Origin: Coxiellaceae bacterium
GTDB taxonomy: Bacteria; Pseudomonadota; Gammaproteobacteria; Coxiellales; Coxiellaceae
Direction: 5' to 3'
NCBI GenBank assembly: GCA_021731545.1
Contig: JAKFXE010000019.1
Span: 1 to 57,403, forward strand
DNA length: 57,403 bases
Part shown: piece by piece, positions 45,578 through 56,241 of the stretch
Layout: each line of letters starts with the position of its first letter
Numbering within the stretch: position 1 is the first letter of the stretch
Translations under genes and position numbers: made by a program
Notes under the pieces: model-generated
The model's database searches: none
What the model was told of the DNA's origin: nothing
The model's input: the letters and a program-made list of their open reading frames with translations, nothing else

Positions 45578-46906
45578 TTAAGAAAGAATGGAGCCGAGCA
45601 GTCTTTTTAACTCAAAAATCATATAAAGGGGCAGGGAGAGTATTTGGTTTTCGATGCTTAAGGGATGCTCAGAAATACGGATGCCCACAGGGCTTTTTTT
45701 CTCTTCTAAGAAACGCTTTAGAGATTTTAAATGCCCGATACTTTTTGATTTGACTTCAATAGGCAAAATAGTTGTTTTAAAGAGGTCTAAATAATCAACC
45801 TCAGCACGCGCACTTTTTTCTTCCCGGGTCCAAAAATAAAGCTCAGGTATTTCATAGGGATTTTGGTAGGCCAAGAGCTCTTGGCCTACGAATTGCTCCA
45901 TCATGGCGCCCTGTAGTAAAAATAAAACATCTTTTTGTGCTAAGAGAGCTGGATCAACTTGAGAGGCTCTTAGCATCAAACCCACATCTAAAAATAACAT
46001 CTTAAATTTTCGTTCATTTTTATGAGCAATCAGAGGTAGCCCTGATGCATTACTTGCAAAAACAGGAGTGATTAGCCCCGCCATGGTTAATTTTTCAATA
46101 GCGGCTTTTAAGCTGCGGGAGGCTACATCGGGGTCCAATTTGCTGTATTTTATCTGTTGAGAAGTAAAGGCGGGCAGTTTGGAAAACACAGTTTCTAAAT
46201 GAGAAAATTCATGCAGTTTGCTGTATTTTCCAAAGTCAGTTCGGTAGGTCTGCAATAAGGAGGTTTGTAAATCGCGAGCATCTTGCACACTGCGCGTGCC
46301 AAAATATTTTTTCAAAACAGCGGGCATTCCTCCTAGAATCAAATATAAGCGGATTTGGGTTAATAGCTCCTGATGAATGGCGAGTGGGACGGAATCATTG
46401 ATGTTCAATTTTTCCAAATAGTCGCACAGGTTTTCTTTGTTTCCGGCCCATAGAAATTCTTTAAAACTTAAGGGCTTTAAATATAAGAACTGTACCCGGC
46501 CCACGGGCATGCTAAAATTGCTTTTGTGTAATACGAATTCTAGTAAAGAGCCTGCGCCAATGACATGCAATTGAGGATATTCTTCTTTAAAGTAGCGCAA
46601 ACTTTGAATGGCTTTAGGGCATTCCTGGATTTCATCTAAAAATAACAAAGTCTCTTCAGGAATGATTTTTTGCCCAGACAATAACTCTAGCTGCATGATC
46701 ACTTTTTGAGGATTGAGCTCACTAAAGCAGGTTTTATATTGAGGGTCCCTTTCAAAATTGACGGCGATAAAGTTGTTAAAGGAGCTTTTGCCAAAGGCCT
46801 CAATCAGATAGGACTTCCCCACTTGCCTCGCCCCTCTTAAAATTAAGGGCAAGTGTTGGGGGTCGCTTTTCCAGGCCAATAAGGATTTTTCCAACAATCT
46901 TTTCAT
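45578..46906 (-). CDS. AAA+ ATPase with a C-terminal DUF4143/PD-(D/E)xK-like domain
   Basis: GARQVGKSYL Walker A, LLFLDEIQ Walker B, and C-terminal AEVDYL..ILPIEVKS (a D..ExK pattern). Start moved to ATG 46906 to remove an unsupported 54-aa extension. Confidence 0.85.
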   Translation of the reverse strand: MKRLLEKSLLAWKSDPQHLPLILRGARQVGKSYLIEAFGKSSFNNFIAVNFERDPQYKTCFSELNPQKVIMQLELLSGQKIIPEETLLFLDEIQECPKAIQSLRYFKEEYPQLHVIGAGSLLEFVLHKSNFSMPVGRVQFLYLKPLSFKEFLWAGNKENLCDYLEKLNINDSVPLAIHQELLTQIRLYLILGGMPAVLKKYFGTRSVQDARDLQTSLLQTYRTDFGKYSKLHEFSHLETVFSKLPAFTSQQIKYSKLDPDVASRSLKAAIEKLTMAGLITPVFASNASGLPLIAHKNERKFKMLFLDVGLMLRASQVDPALLAQKDVLFLLQGAMMEQFVGQELLAYQNPYEIPELYFWTREEKSARAEVDYLDLFKTTILPIEVKSKSIGHLKSLKRFLEEKKSPVGIRISEHPLSIENQILSLPLYMIFELKRLLGSILS

Positions 46907-47030
46907 TTTAGGCGCCACATGAATATTATTACACCATATTTTATACAATTTATGTATAAAAGGAAAGGTAATTTCCACTTGGCGGCTTAGATTCGTCTGT
47001 GCTATACCCTCTGCAAAAAAGAGGTGAATT

Positions 47031-48236
47031 ATGGCGTATAAGATTTTACTGGGGGTCACAGGCAGCATCGCGGCTTATAAAACGCCGGACTTGGTCCGCC
47101 GTTTGCGAGAGTTGGGGCATGAGGTGCGCGTAGTGCTGACTGAAGGGGGAAAGGCCTTGGTATCGGCCCTGGCCTTGCAGGCGGTTTCCGGAAATCCTGT
47201 GCACACAGAATTATTAGATTCTGCCGCCGAAGCGGCCATGGGGCATATTGAATTGGCGCGCTGGGCTGATCTTATTTTAGTGGCGCCGGCTTCCGCTAAT
47301 TGTATTGCGCGATTAGCGCAGGGTTGTGCAGATGATTTATTAACCACACTGTGCTTGGCCAGTGAAGCGCGTCTTGTCGTCGCACCGGCGATGAATTCAG
47401 TCATGTGGTCCAAGCCAGCGACACAAGAAAACATCAACACACTCAAACACAGAGAGACTCTTATTTTAGGGCCCGTCATTGGTGTGCAAGCCTGTGGTGA
47501 AGTGGGTCTCGGAAAAATGATGGAGCCGCTGGAGTTGGCAGAGCAGCTGCAGCAATTGCATGCTCGGCCCTGCTTAAAATCTCAACGTATATTAATTACC
47601 GCAGGTCCCACACAAGAGTCTATTGATCCTGTTCGTTATTTATCTAACCGAAGCTCCGGGAAAATGGGTTATGCTTTAGCACAAGCAGCTATAGAAATGG
47701 GTGCTGCCGTGACGTTGATTAGTGGGCCCGTTTCTTTAAAGGCTCCTGAAAATTGTCAATTTATTCAGGTTAAAACAGCCGATGAAATGTTTAAGGCTGT
47801 GCAAGACTTTATTCAAGATCAAGACATTTTTATAGGTGTAGCAGCAGTGGCCGATTATAAAGTGGCTGAAGTGGCTCCGCAAAAGATCAAGAAGGGCCAA
47901 GCGATTAAAACGCTGTCTTTAGTCCCCACCGTTGATATTTTAGAGTGTGTGGGAAGATTAAATCCTAAGCCTTTTGTGGTAGGTTTTTCAGCAGAAACAC
48001 ATGAGGCAGAAAGCCTTGCTGAGCAAAAACGCCTTAAAAAGAATGTGGATCTTATGGTTGTCAATGATGTCAGTCAGCCTGACATAGGTTTTGAAAGTGA
48101 TATGAATGCGGTAACGCTCTTGTCGGCGCATGAACCCATTGTATTGGAACGGGCTTCAAAAAAACAAATTGCACGACAGATATTGGAATTTATCAGTGCA
48201 GAAAAACTGTTAGCATTACCTGAGTTGATTGTTTAA
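47031..48236 (+). CDS. coaBC: Bifunctional phosphopantothenoylcysteine decarboxylase / synthetase
   Basis: ILLGVTGSIAAYK flavoprotein N-domain and a CoaB C-domain (ITAGPTQESIDPVRYLSNRSSGKMG). Confidence 0.95.
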   Translation: MAYKILLGVTGSIAAYKTPDLVRRLRELGHEVRVVLTEGGKALVSALALQAVSGNPVHTELLDSAAEAAMGHIELARWADLILVAPASANCIARLAQGCADDLLTTLCLASEARLVVAPAMNSVMWSKPATQENINTLKHRETLILGPVIGVQACGEVGLGKMMEPLELAEQLQQLHARPCLKSQRILITAGPTQESIDPVRYLSNRSSGKMGYALAQAAIEMGAAVTLISGPVSLKAPENCQFIQVKTADEMFKAVQDFIQDQDIFIGVAAVADYKVAEVAPQKIKKGQAIKTLSLVPTVDILECVGRLNPKPFVVGFSAETHEAESLAEQKRLKKNVDLMVVNDVSQPDIGFESDMNAVTLLSAHEPIVLERASKKQIARQILEFISAEKLLALPELIV

Positions 48237-48904
48237 AGATCAATTCCCATAACGCGATTGATGGCCAACATTAAACCATACACGGGCGGAAATAGGATAA
48301 ATTGTAAGGCCCCCATCACCAGCAGCGCCAGCAAAATCCACACACCAAAAGGTTCAATGCGCTCATATTGGGCATTGAGATGTTTGGGTAAGAAACAAGA
48401 CACTAAGCGACTTCCGTCTAGGGGTGGAATGGGGATTAAATTTAAAATGAATAAGACCACATTAATCATAATGCCGAATTTCCCGGCTAATATAAAAAAC
48501 TCAGCGCTGCCGTGTAATAGAGTGTAAGAGCTTTCGATCATGGTAAATCCAAGTTTAGCGATGAGGCCCCAGATCAAAGCCATCGCCAAATTAGCGCCGG
48601 GTCCTGCCAATGCAACCAGAGCCATGTCTCTGCGTGGATGGTGTAAGTTCTGCGCGGTAATAGGGACTGGCTTTGCCCAACCGAAAACAAAGCCGCCGAA
48701 GAGGAGCATGCACAAAGGTAAAATAACGGTTCCAATGGGGTCAATGTGTTTGGCAGGGTTTAAAGAAACACGCCCCAGCATGAGCGCTGTTTTATCCCCT
48801 AATTTGCTGGCCACCCAACCATGGGCGGCTTCATGCAGAGTGATGGCAAATATTAGAGGCAGTGCAGCCACGGTAATGGTTTGAATGGCGTTTTGTAAGT
48901 CCAT
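48233..48904 (-). CDS. Site-2 protease family (peptidase M50) membrane protein
   Basis: HEAAHG zinc motif within a polytopic 223-aa protein. Confidence 0.85.
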   Translation of the reverse strand: MDLQNAIQTITVAALPLIFAITLHEAAHGWVASKLGDKTALMLGRVSLNPAKHIDPIGTVILPLCMLLFGGFVFGWAKPVPITAQNLHHPRRDMALVALAGPGANLAMALIWGLIAKLGFTMIESSYTLLHGSAEFFILAGKFGIMINVVLFILNLIPIPPLDGSRLVSCFLPKHLNAQYERIEPFGVWILLALLVMGALQFILFPPVYGLMLAINRVMGIDL

Positions 48905-48924
48905 TATGCTTTATCCACTGAGCA

Positions 48925-49491
48925 TCAATTTTGGTATTCAAATACTTTGATGACTTTTTGCACGCCCGTCATTTTGCTAGCAACGGTTGCGGCCATATTG
49001 GCTTGGCTCTGTGTGACCAAGCCCATGAGGTAGACGACATGGGATTCCGTTACCACTTTAATATTGCTGGATCTTAGGCCTTTTTCAGCCACCAAAGCGC
49101 TTTTGACTTTAGTGGTAATCCAGTCATCCTGGCTTCTGTCAAAGATACTACTAGGATCTGCGATCGTTACTTCATTATAAACGCGCTTTACATTAGGGAT
49201 GGTGCTGACCAATTGGTTAGCTTGATCGCGCAGTTCGGCGCTGGGCGTTTGGCCAACCATTAACACAATCCCATTGAAGGTGGCTACTTCTATGTGTGAA
49301 TCGCGAAGATTTTTGGCGGCTCCTATTCGGTTTTTAGCAATTTGACTAATGTCGCGATCGTGAAGCTGAGCACTAACAGATCGATTTTCATACAAAATAG
49401 CGCCGCCTGCTGTGGCACCCACGACCACAGCGGCCGGAATGCATCCAGACAAACTGATTAAAACGGCCAAACTTGCGAGAAGAAATTTCAT
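48925..49491 (-). CDS. dolP: Dual-BON-domain outer membrane lipoprotein (DolP/YraP-like)
   Basis: LSGC lipobox and two BON repeats. Same synteny as E. coli diaA-yraP. Confidence 0.85.
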   Translation of the reverse strand: MKFLLASLAVLISLSGCIPAAVVVGATAGGAILYENRSVSAQLHDRDISQIAKNRIGAAKNLRDSHIEVATFNGIVLMVGQTPSAELRDQANQLVSTIPNVKRVYNEVTIADPSSIFDRSQDDWITTKVKSALVAEKGLRSSNIKVVTESHVVYLMGLVTQSQANMAATVASKMTGVQKVIKVFEYQN

Positions 49492-49494
49492 TTA

Positions 49495-50109
<615 letters not shown>

Positions 50110-50160
50110 TTAAGGAAATTTGAGCTGCTATTGTACCTTAAACACCCTCAGCATCAATCA

Positions 50161-50529
50161 CTAAAAAGCCCTTTTAATCCATTGCAGCTTAAGCCCGTCA
50201 AAGCCTACGACATCAAAGCGACAGGGCTGAGTGGATAGCTTGTGTTGCTTAAGATAATACAGGGCTATTTTGGAGAGGCGTTGTTGTTTTCGAAAGCCAA
50301 TACTTTCCAGGCTGCTGACAGGATCGGGGTTTTTTCGATAGCGCACCTCAACAAAGACCAGGCAGTTTTTGTCCTGCATGATGAGATCGATTTCCCCTAC
50401 AGGGCAATGGAAATTTTGCTCAACAAGACGCAAGCCCTGTGTTTTTAAATAGCGACAGGCGCGTTGCTCATATAAAAAACCCCGGGCACGACAGCTGAGC
50501 GATTTAGAGTTGGGGCACGGCTCTTCCAT
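50161..50529 (-). CDS. yraN: YraN-family (UPF0102) endonuclease-like protein
   Basis: GEIDLIM..LVFVEVRYR motif. Synteny lpoA-yraN-diaA. Confidence 0.85.
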   Translation of the reverse strand: MEEPCPNSKSLSCRARGFLYEQRACRYLKTQGLRLVEQNFHCPVGEIDLIMQDKNCLVFVEVRYRKNPDPVSSLESIGFRKQQRLSKIALYYLKQHKLSTQPCRFDVVGFDGLKLQWIKRAF

Positions 50530-52291
50530 ATTGAATCTCAGTCCATACCGGCTGTCGATTGATGTAGTGGTTGTTGTCTAAATACAATCGCCCTGTAGCA
50601 CCCGCAAGACCTAAGTCGGGCAATATCACTAATTTATTGAGCTGAGGAATTAAGTTAAAGGCATCCACCCCCAGCGCATAGAGTTTGGGGTAGCGATTAA
50701 AGCTGCCCGCCCACAGGCTTTGAGTGCGATTGCGTATATCCATTAGGGATGGGGTCAATGTCGTGGAGGGCTGAATGAGCCAAGGCATGCTGCAAAAGCG
50801 CACACCATTGAGATCATTGTTTTTCAGCGCGCTGGATCCGCCATCGTAAATTAATGAGGTCGCATAGATGGGAAGCTGGCCATTGTAATAAAATTTTAAT
50901 AAAGGAACGATTTGTTGTGCGGGTGCATTGCCTGTGGCCAGAAAGACCACATCAAAATCTTTTTGTTGGCTAAGGCGATAATGAGGCTCACCCTTGGCCG
51001 CATGCTCAATGACTTGTGCATGTAATAACGAGCGCACTTGCGCATCGACTTGATCGGTATTTTGCATCACGATGGTCTTAAGCACTCGTCCGCCCAGAGA
51101 GCTCCAGCGTTGTTGGAAAGAGCGTGCAATATTTTGGCTCCATTCGGCGGGTAGCGCAAAAATAACAGCCTTTGTGTAATTTTGTTGCCAGGCACGCTCT
51201 GCAACTTCAGCGGCTTCTGTGGTAGGCGATAAATCAAATTGATACAAATTGCTAATGCGTTGTTCATGAAAATCTTGGACGCTGTTCAAGGCTAAGGTGG
51301 GTACACTGAGGGCGCTTTGTGCAACCGCTGCCACTTCTGTTTTAGTCAGAGGCCCGATGACAAACTGAGCGCCATTTTGCACCGCTTTTTGATAAACGGC
51401 AGTCACATTGTCTGCACTGGTATCATAAAGAGTAATGGAAGGTGCAAACTCTTGGTGTTGTTTAGCATAGTAGTAGGCTGCAAAAAATCCATTGCGTATG
51501 GCTTCTGAAGAACCTGCTAGCGGCCCTTTCATGGGCAGCAGTAAAGCGACTTGGCTGGGATTTTGATTCAAAATAAGACTATGGCTGTCGATTAAACTGC
51601 GCGCTGGATGCCCTGAATATTGCTTTTCCCAGCCTTTAATGGCGTCTAATAAGGAGGAAGGTGAGTAGTAGCTGTTTTCAATCAGCGCCAAATCAAACCA
51701 GCCACGCACCGCAGAGGAGTCTGTTTTGCCCAGTTGTTCACGCAGTGTGTTGGGACTTAAGTTTTCCAGCAGCGCCCAGATGGCCAATAGATTTTGTTGG
51801 CGTGCTTGAGAGTCGGGCAAGAGATTTTGTAATTGATTCAGTTGGTCGATGCTGGCCGCAAGATCCGATTGTTGTTGATAGGCCTTTGCTAGAATCCGAT
51901 GCAGTAAAATTTGATTGGAGTTGCTGAGCGAGGCATCCGTTACAAAACCGGTGAGTCGTTCAAAGGCTGCGGCTGAATTGCCGGTTTCTATTTGATAATA
52001 AGCCCTTAATAACTGCAGTTTAGTTCCAGAATCTGGGCTGAGCAGAGCAGTATCAATGCCGCGCATGATTTTTTGTGCCGCTTCAGGTTGATTATTTGCT
52101 AAAAATTGTTCAGCAGCGTCCAGCCAGTAAATTTGTTTTTGTTGAGGTTCTGCATTCTCAGCTAAATACAAATAATCAGCGGCAGAAAGCGTATGATTTG
52201 AGCCGCGTGGGGCGTGGGTGCTTAAATTGGCACAAGCACTGAAAAGACAGGCCACCAACAATAAGCTCAAGCTCTGTATGAGTGTTTTCAT
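50504..52291 (-). CDS. lpoA: Penicillin-binding protein activator LpoA
   Basis: Lipoprotein signal (LLVACLFSAC), TPR-like N-domain, periplasmic-binding-fold C-domain. Start moved to ATG 52291. Confidence 0.85.
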   Translation of the reverse strand: MKTLIQSLSLLLVACLFSACANLSTHAPRGSNHTLSAADYLYLAENAEPQQKQIYWLDAAEQFLANNQPEAAQKIMRGIDTALLSPDSGTKLQLLRAYYQIETGNSAAAFERLTGFVTDASLSNSNQILLHRILAKAYQQQSDLAASIDQLNQLQNLLPDSQARQQNLLAIWALLENLSPNTLREQLGKTDSSAVRGWFDLALIENSYYSPSSLLDAIKGWEKQYSGHPARSLIDSHSLILNQNPSQVALLLPMKGPLAGSSEAIRNGFFAAYYYAKQHQEFAPSITLYDTSADNVTAVYQKAVQNGAQFVIGPLTKTEVAAVAQSALSVPTLALNSVQDFHEQRISNLYQFDLSPTTEAAEVAERAWQQNYTKAVIFALPAEWSQNIARSFQQRWSSLGGRVLKTIVMQNTDQVDAQVRSLLHAQVIEHAAKGEPHYRLSQQKDFDVVFLATGNAPAQQIVPLLKFYYNGQLPIYATSLIYDGGSSALKNNDLNGVRFCSMPWLIQPSTTLTPSLMDIRNRTQSLWAGSFNRYPKLYALGVDAFNLIPQLNKLVILPDLGLAGATGRLYLDNNHYINRQPVWTEIQYGRAVPQL

Positions 52292-52329
52292 AATAATCCT
52301 TGTTTTAATTGTCCTGTGCATTCCAATTT

Positions 52330-53019
52330 TTAGTGAACATAGTGTGTGGGATCATTAACGTGTGCTTCTTTAAATCCCTTAGCTCTCAACAAGCAGCTTG
52401 CGCAATGTCCACAGGCTTCAGCAGCTTTGCTAGGAGCGTAGCACGAAATAGTTTGACTGTAATCTAGTCCTAAGCGAATCCCTCGCTGAATAATCTCAGC
52501 TTTAGTGAGTTTCAAAAGAGGTGCATGAATTTTAAAGTGCTCGCCTTCTACTCCGGCTCGGGTTGCAAGATCCGCCAAGTGCTGGAAGGCCTCGATAAAG
52601 TCAGGGCGACAGTCGGGATAATTTGAGTAATCGATGGCATTGGCTCCAATGAAGAGATCAAAGGCGCCTAAGCTTTCGGCCCACGCTAAGGCAAGTGCCA
52701 AAAAAACAGTATTGCGAGCAGGCACATAGGTGATGGGGATGCGCGTATCATCAACAATATTTTGAGGCACTTCAAGGCGAGTATCAGTGAGTGCTGAGCC
52801 GCCCAATTCATGGAGGGGGCAGGAAAGGATTTTATGTTCTTTGACACCCAGAGTTTTCGCTATTCGACTGGCAGCTTCCAGTTCAACACGATGGCGCTGG
52901 CCATAGTCGAAACTCAAGGCATAACACTCAAAGCCTTCTTCTCGGGCAATGGCTAAGCAGGTGCTGGAGTCTAAGCCGCCTGAAAACAGAATAATGGCTT
53001 TTTTGCCGGAGGACATCAT
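52330..53019 (-). CDS. queC: 7-cyano-7-deazaguanine synthase
   Basis: [12 protein letters not shown]-loop and a C-terminal Cys cluster ([10 protein letters not shown]). Confidence 0.95.
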   Translation of the reverse strand: MMSSGKKAIILFSGGLDSSTCLAIAREEGFECYALSFDYGQRHRVELEAASRIAKTLGVKEHKILSCPLHELGGSALTDTRLEVPQNIVDDTRIPITYVPARNTVFLALALAWAESLGAFDLFIGANAIDYSNYPDCRPDFIEAFQHLADLATRAGVEGEHFKIHAPLLKLTKAEIIQRGIRLGLDYSQTISCYAPSKAAEACGHCASCLLRAKGFKEAHVNDPTHYVH

Positions 53020-53174
53020 AGGTTCCTAGAGCTAAAGATTCTTGCATTCTAGCCGTTATAGGGTGCATTTCAAGCGCTGACTTAAACGAGATGTAAGGAT
53101 ACAAATAAAATAGGACAAATATTTAATCTGTGGTTACAATGAGGGTCGCTGTGTATCTTATGGAAGGAGGTTTT

Positions 53175-53612
53175 ATGAGTGGTTATAAAAATATTTTGGT
53201 GGCCCTTGATTTTCACACGAAATCAGATTTAGCTATTTTAGAAAAACTAAAACACGTGGCTGCCACTAATGCAAAAGTGACTTTGCTGCATGCGGTTGAA
53301 GAATTAACGGGTATGGTGACGGCAGCCTATGCGGTGGCAGGTTTGGCGGAAATTGAAAAATCTTTTATTAAAGAAGCGAAGCAGCGTTTGTCAAAACTGG
53401 CAAAAAAAGCGCGAGTTCCTGAAAAGCAACAGTTGCTGAGATTGGGGATGGCGCGCACTATTATTTTAGACCAAGCCAAAAAAATGAAAGCGGATCTTAT
53501 TTTGGTGGGCAGCCATGGTCGTCACGGCATAAAGGCGCTACTAGGTTCAACTGCGAATGCGGTGCTGCATCACGCGCATTGTGATGTATTAGCCGTTCGC
53601 GTTAAAAGGTAG
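53175..53612 (+). CDS. Universal stress protein (UspA family)
   Basis: YKNILVALDF..LILVGSHGRHG..GSTANAVLHHAHCDVLAV. GGAAGGAGG ribosome-binding site before ATG 53175. Confidence 0.85.
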   Translation: MSGYKNILVALDFHTKSDLAILEKLKHVAATNAKVTLLHAVEELTGMVTAAYAVAGLAEIEKSFIKEAKQRLSKLAKKARVPEKQQLLRLGMARTIILDQAKKMKADLILVGSHGRHGIKALLGSTANAVLHHAHCDVLAVRVKR

Positions 53613-53669
53613 TGTAGGGGGCAATTCATGAATTGCCCCTACAGCACAAAGCGCAGGGATGTGCTGCAG
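53613..53669 (+). repeat. Family-B palindromic element, long form
   Basis: TGTAGGGGGCAATTCATGAATTGCCCCTACA followed by the CAGCACA-N11-TGTGCTG hairpin. It starts 1 nt after the uspA stop and is the inverted partner of 3039..3090. Confidence 0.85.
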
Positions 53670-53708
53670 TAGTTGCTCCTACGAGACATTTGTTGGCTTT
53701 GTTTCCCT

Positions 53709-54563
53709 ATGAAAGAATCTTCACATCCAGGCTCCCTTTATTTGGTTGCAACCCCTATCGGTCATTTAGCCGATATTAGCCTGCGTGCGCTCGAAATATT
53801 AAAACAGGTAGATCTGATCGCCGCGGAAGATACCCGTCACAGCCAGCATCTATTGCAACATCATCAAATCCCCACGCCTACCTTATCATTGCACGAGCAT
53901 AATGAAACTCAGCGTACGCATGAATTAATAAAGCGATTGCAGGAAGGAAAAAATATTGCTTTGATTTCAGATGCGGGAACGCCTCTGATCAGTGATCCGG
54001 GTTATCGTTTAGTGTCGGCCGCACACGAGCATCATATTAAAGTCATTCCCATTCCCGGAGCGTGTGCGGCCATTGCAGCCTTAAGCGCTTCGGGTATTGC
54101 AACCGATCAATTTATCTTTATCGGATTTTTGCCTTCGCGCGGTGAAGCGCGCCATAAACAGATTATTTCTTTAAGCCAAGAGCCACGCAGCGTGGTGTTT
54201 TATGAATCCACACATCGCATTGTTAACTTAATCGATCTTCTGCATGAAATGATGGGCTCTGCGCGTAAAGTGTGTATCGCACGCGAACTGACCAAAACCT
54301 TCGAAACCATTCATACCGATACGCTCGAGAATGTAAAAGAATGGCTGCACAAAGACCCTATGCAGCGCAAGGGAGAGTTTGTGGTGATCGTTGAGGGTTT
54401 AACTGAAAAACCTAAGGATGAGCTTATTGAAGAGTGTCGGCGCATCTTAAAAATTTTGTTGGAGGAGCTTCCCTTGAAGCAAGCAGTGGCCCTGACGGTA
54501 AAGCTGACAGCTTGTGGTCGGAAAATAGTCTATCCCTTGGCCTTAGAGATGATTAATCAATAA
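53709..54563 (+). CDS. rsmI: 16S rRNA (cytidine1402-2'-O)-methyltransferase
   Basis: LYLVATPIGHLADISLRALEILKQVDLIAAEDTRHS. Divergent from the lpoA block, as in E. coli. Confidence 0.93.
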   Translation: MKESSHPGSLYLVATPIGHLADISLRALEILKQVDLIAAEDTRHSQHLLQHHQIPTPTLSLHEHNETQRTHELIKRLQEGKNIALISDAGTPLISDPGYRLVSAAHEHHIKVIPIPGACAAIAALSASGIATDQFIFIGFLPSRGEARHKQIISLSQEPRSVVFYESTHRIVNLIDLLHEMMGSARKVCIARELTKTFETIHTDTLENVKEWLHKDPMQRKGEFVVIVEGLTEKPKDELIEECRRILKILLEELPLKQAVALTVKLTACGRKIVYPLALEMINQ

Positions 54564-54594
54564 ATCGCCCCTCTGTTTGAGCCTGGTTCCAAAG

Positions 54595-54623
54595 TTGCCA
54601 GTCCCAACGCTCTACTTTATACT
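54595..54623 (+). promoter_or_regulatory. Putative sigma70 promoter of rnpB (TTGCCA-17 nt-TATACT)
   Basis: The -10 element ends about 9 nt before the predicted RNA 5' end. Confidence 0.45.
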
Positions 54624-54632
54624 CGCCTCCCT

Positions 54633-54990
<358 letters not shown>

Positions 54991-54998
54991 GGAAATGA

Positions 54999-55025
54999 TG
55001 TGGGGCCAATGCAAATTGGCCCACA
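54999..55025 (+). terminator. Hairpin after rnpB (TGTGGGGCCAAT-gca-AATTGGCCCACA), a family-B-like variant
   Basis: About 12-bp stem with one bulge, followed by TATTTATT. Confidence 0.5.
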
Positions 55026-55044
55026 TATTTATTAAGGAATCCTT

Positions 55045-56241
55045 ATGCTCGATTTGCGTCAGCAGCTGCAGCAGCAGCTGGATCAATTGAAAAAAGAAGG
55101 CTTGTTTAAAGCTGAACGACTCATCACCACGCCACAAAATTCATCCATTAGTATTGCGCCTCATCAAGCTGTTTTAAATTTCTGCGCCAATAATTATTTG
55201 GGTTTGGCCGATGATGTTGAGCTCATTCAGGCCGCTCAAAAAGCCTTAGACGATTATGGTTTTGGCATGGCTTCAGTGCGCTTTATTTGTGGCACTCAAA
55301 CCATTCATAAAATCTTAGAGCAAGGTATCAGTGAATTTTTAGGCATGGAAGATACCATCCTGTATTCATCCTGCTTTGATGCGAATGGCGGCTTATTTGA
55401 AACCCTGCTGGATGAAAATGATGCCATTATCAGCGATGCGTTGAATCATGCCAGCATCATCGATGGTATTCGTTTGTCCAAAGCCAAACGTTTTCGCTAC
55501 AACAATAATGATATGAGCGATCTTGAGGCCAAGTTGCAAGAGGCCGATGCTATGGGTGCACGCTTTAAATTAATCGCTACTGATGGTGTATTTTCGATGG
55601 ATGGTATTATTGCCGATTTAAAATCCATCTGTGATTTGGCCGACCAATATAAAGCGATGGTCATGGTCGATGATTCACATGCCGTAGGTTTTGTGGGCAA
55701 AGAAGGGCGTGGAACACCGGAATATTGCGGGGTGATGGGTCGCATCGATATTATGACAGGCACCTTAGGTAAAGCCTTGGGCGGCGCTTCAGGAGGTTAT
55801 ACCTCTGCCTCGAAGGAAGTGATTGAATGGTTGCGACAACGTTCCCGACCCTATTTGTTTTCAAATAGTTTGGCACCGGTTATTGTGGCGACTTCAATCA
55901 AGGTGTTGGAGTTATTAAAAACACGTGGTTCTGTTTTGCGTGAGCGCATTGAAAATAATAGTCAGCATTTTAGAAAAAAGATGAGTGCTCTAGGTTTTAA
56001 TTTAGTGCCGGGATCTCATCCCATTATTCCCGTGATGTTAGGGGATGCAAAAGTAGCCTCCGAGATGGCGGCTCGCTTATTGCAAGAAGGGATTTATGTG
56101 GTTGGTTTTTCCTATCCGGTAGTACCAATGGCTAAGGCGCGTATTCGAGTGCAGATGTCGGCAGCGCACAGCGTTGAGCAATTGGATCAGGCGATTGAGG
56201 CCTTTGCAAAGGTGGGTAGAGCATTAGGAGTGATTACATGA
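55045..56241 (+). CDS. kbl: Glycine C-acetyltransferase (2-amino-3-ketobutyrate CoA ligase)
   Basis: PLP-dependent fold, [10 protein letters not shown] lysine motif, followed by tdh with a 4-nt overlap. Confidence 0.95.
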   Translation: MLDLRQQLQQQLDQLKKEGLFKAERLITTPQNSSISIAPHQAVLNFCANNYLGLADDVELIQAAQKALDDYGFGMASVRFICGTQTIHKILEQGISEFLGMEDTILYSSCFDANGGLFETLLDENDAIISDALNHASIIDGIRLSKAKRFRYNNNDMSDLEAKLQEADAMGARFKLIATDGVFSMDGIIADLKSICDLADQYKAMVMVDDSHAVGFVGKEGRGTPEYCGVMGRIDIMTGTLGKALGGASGGYTSASKEVIEWLRQRSRPYLFSNSLAPVIVATSIKVLELLKTRGSVLRERIENNSQHFRKKMSALGFNLVPGSHPIIPVMLGDAKVASEMAARLLQEGIYVVGFSYPVVPMAKARIRVQMSAAHSVEQLDQAIEAFAKVGRALGVIT

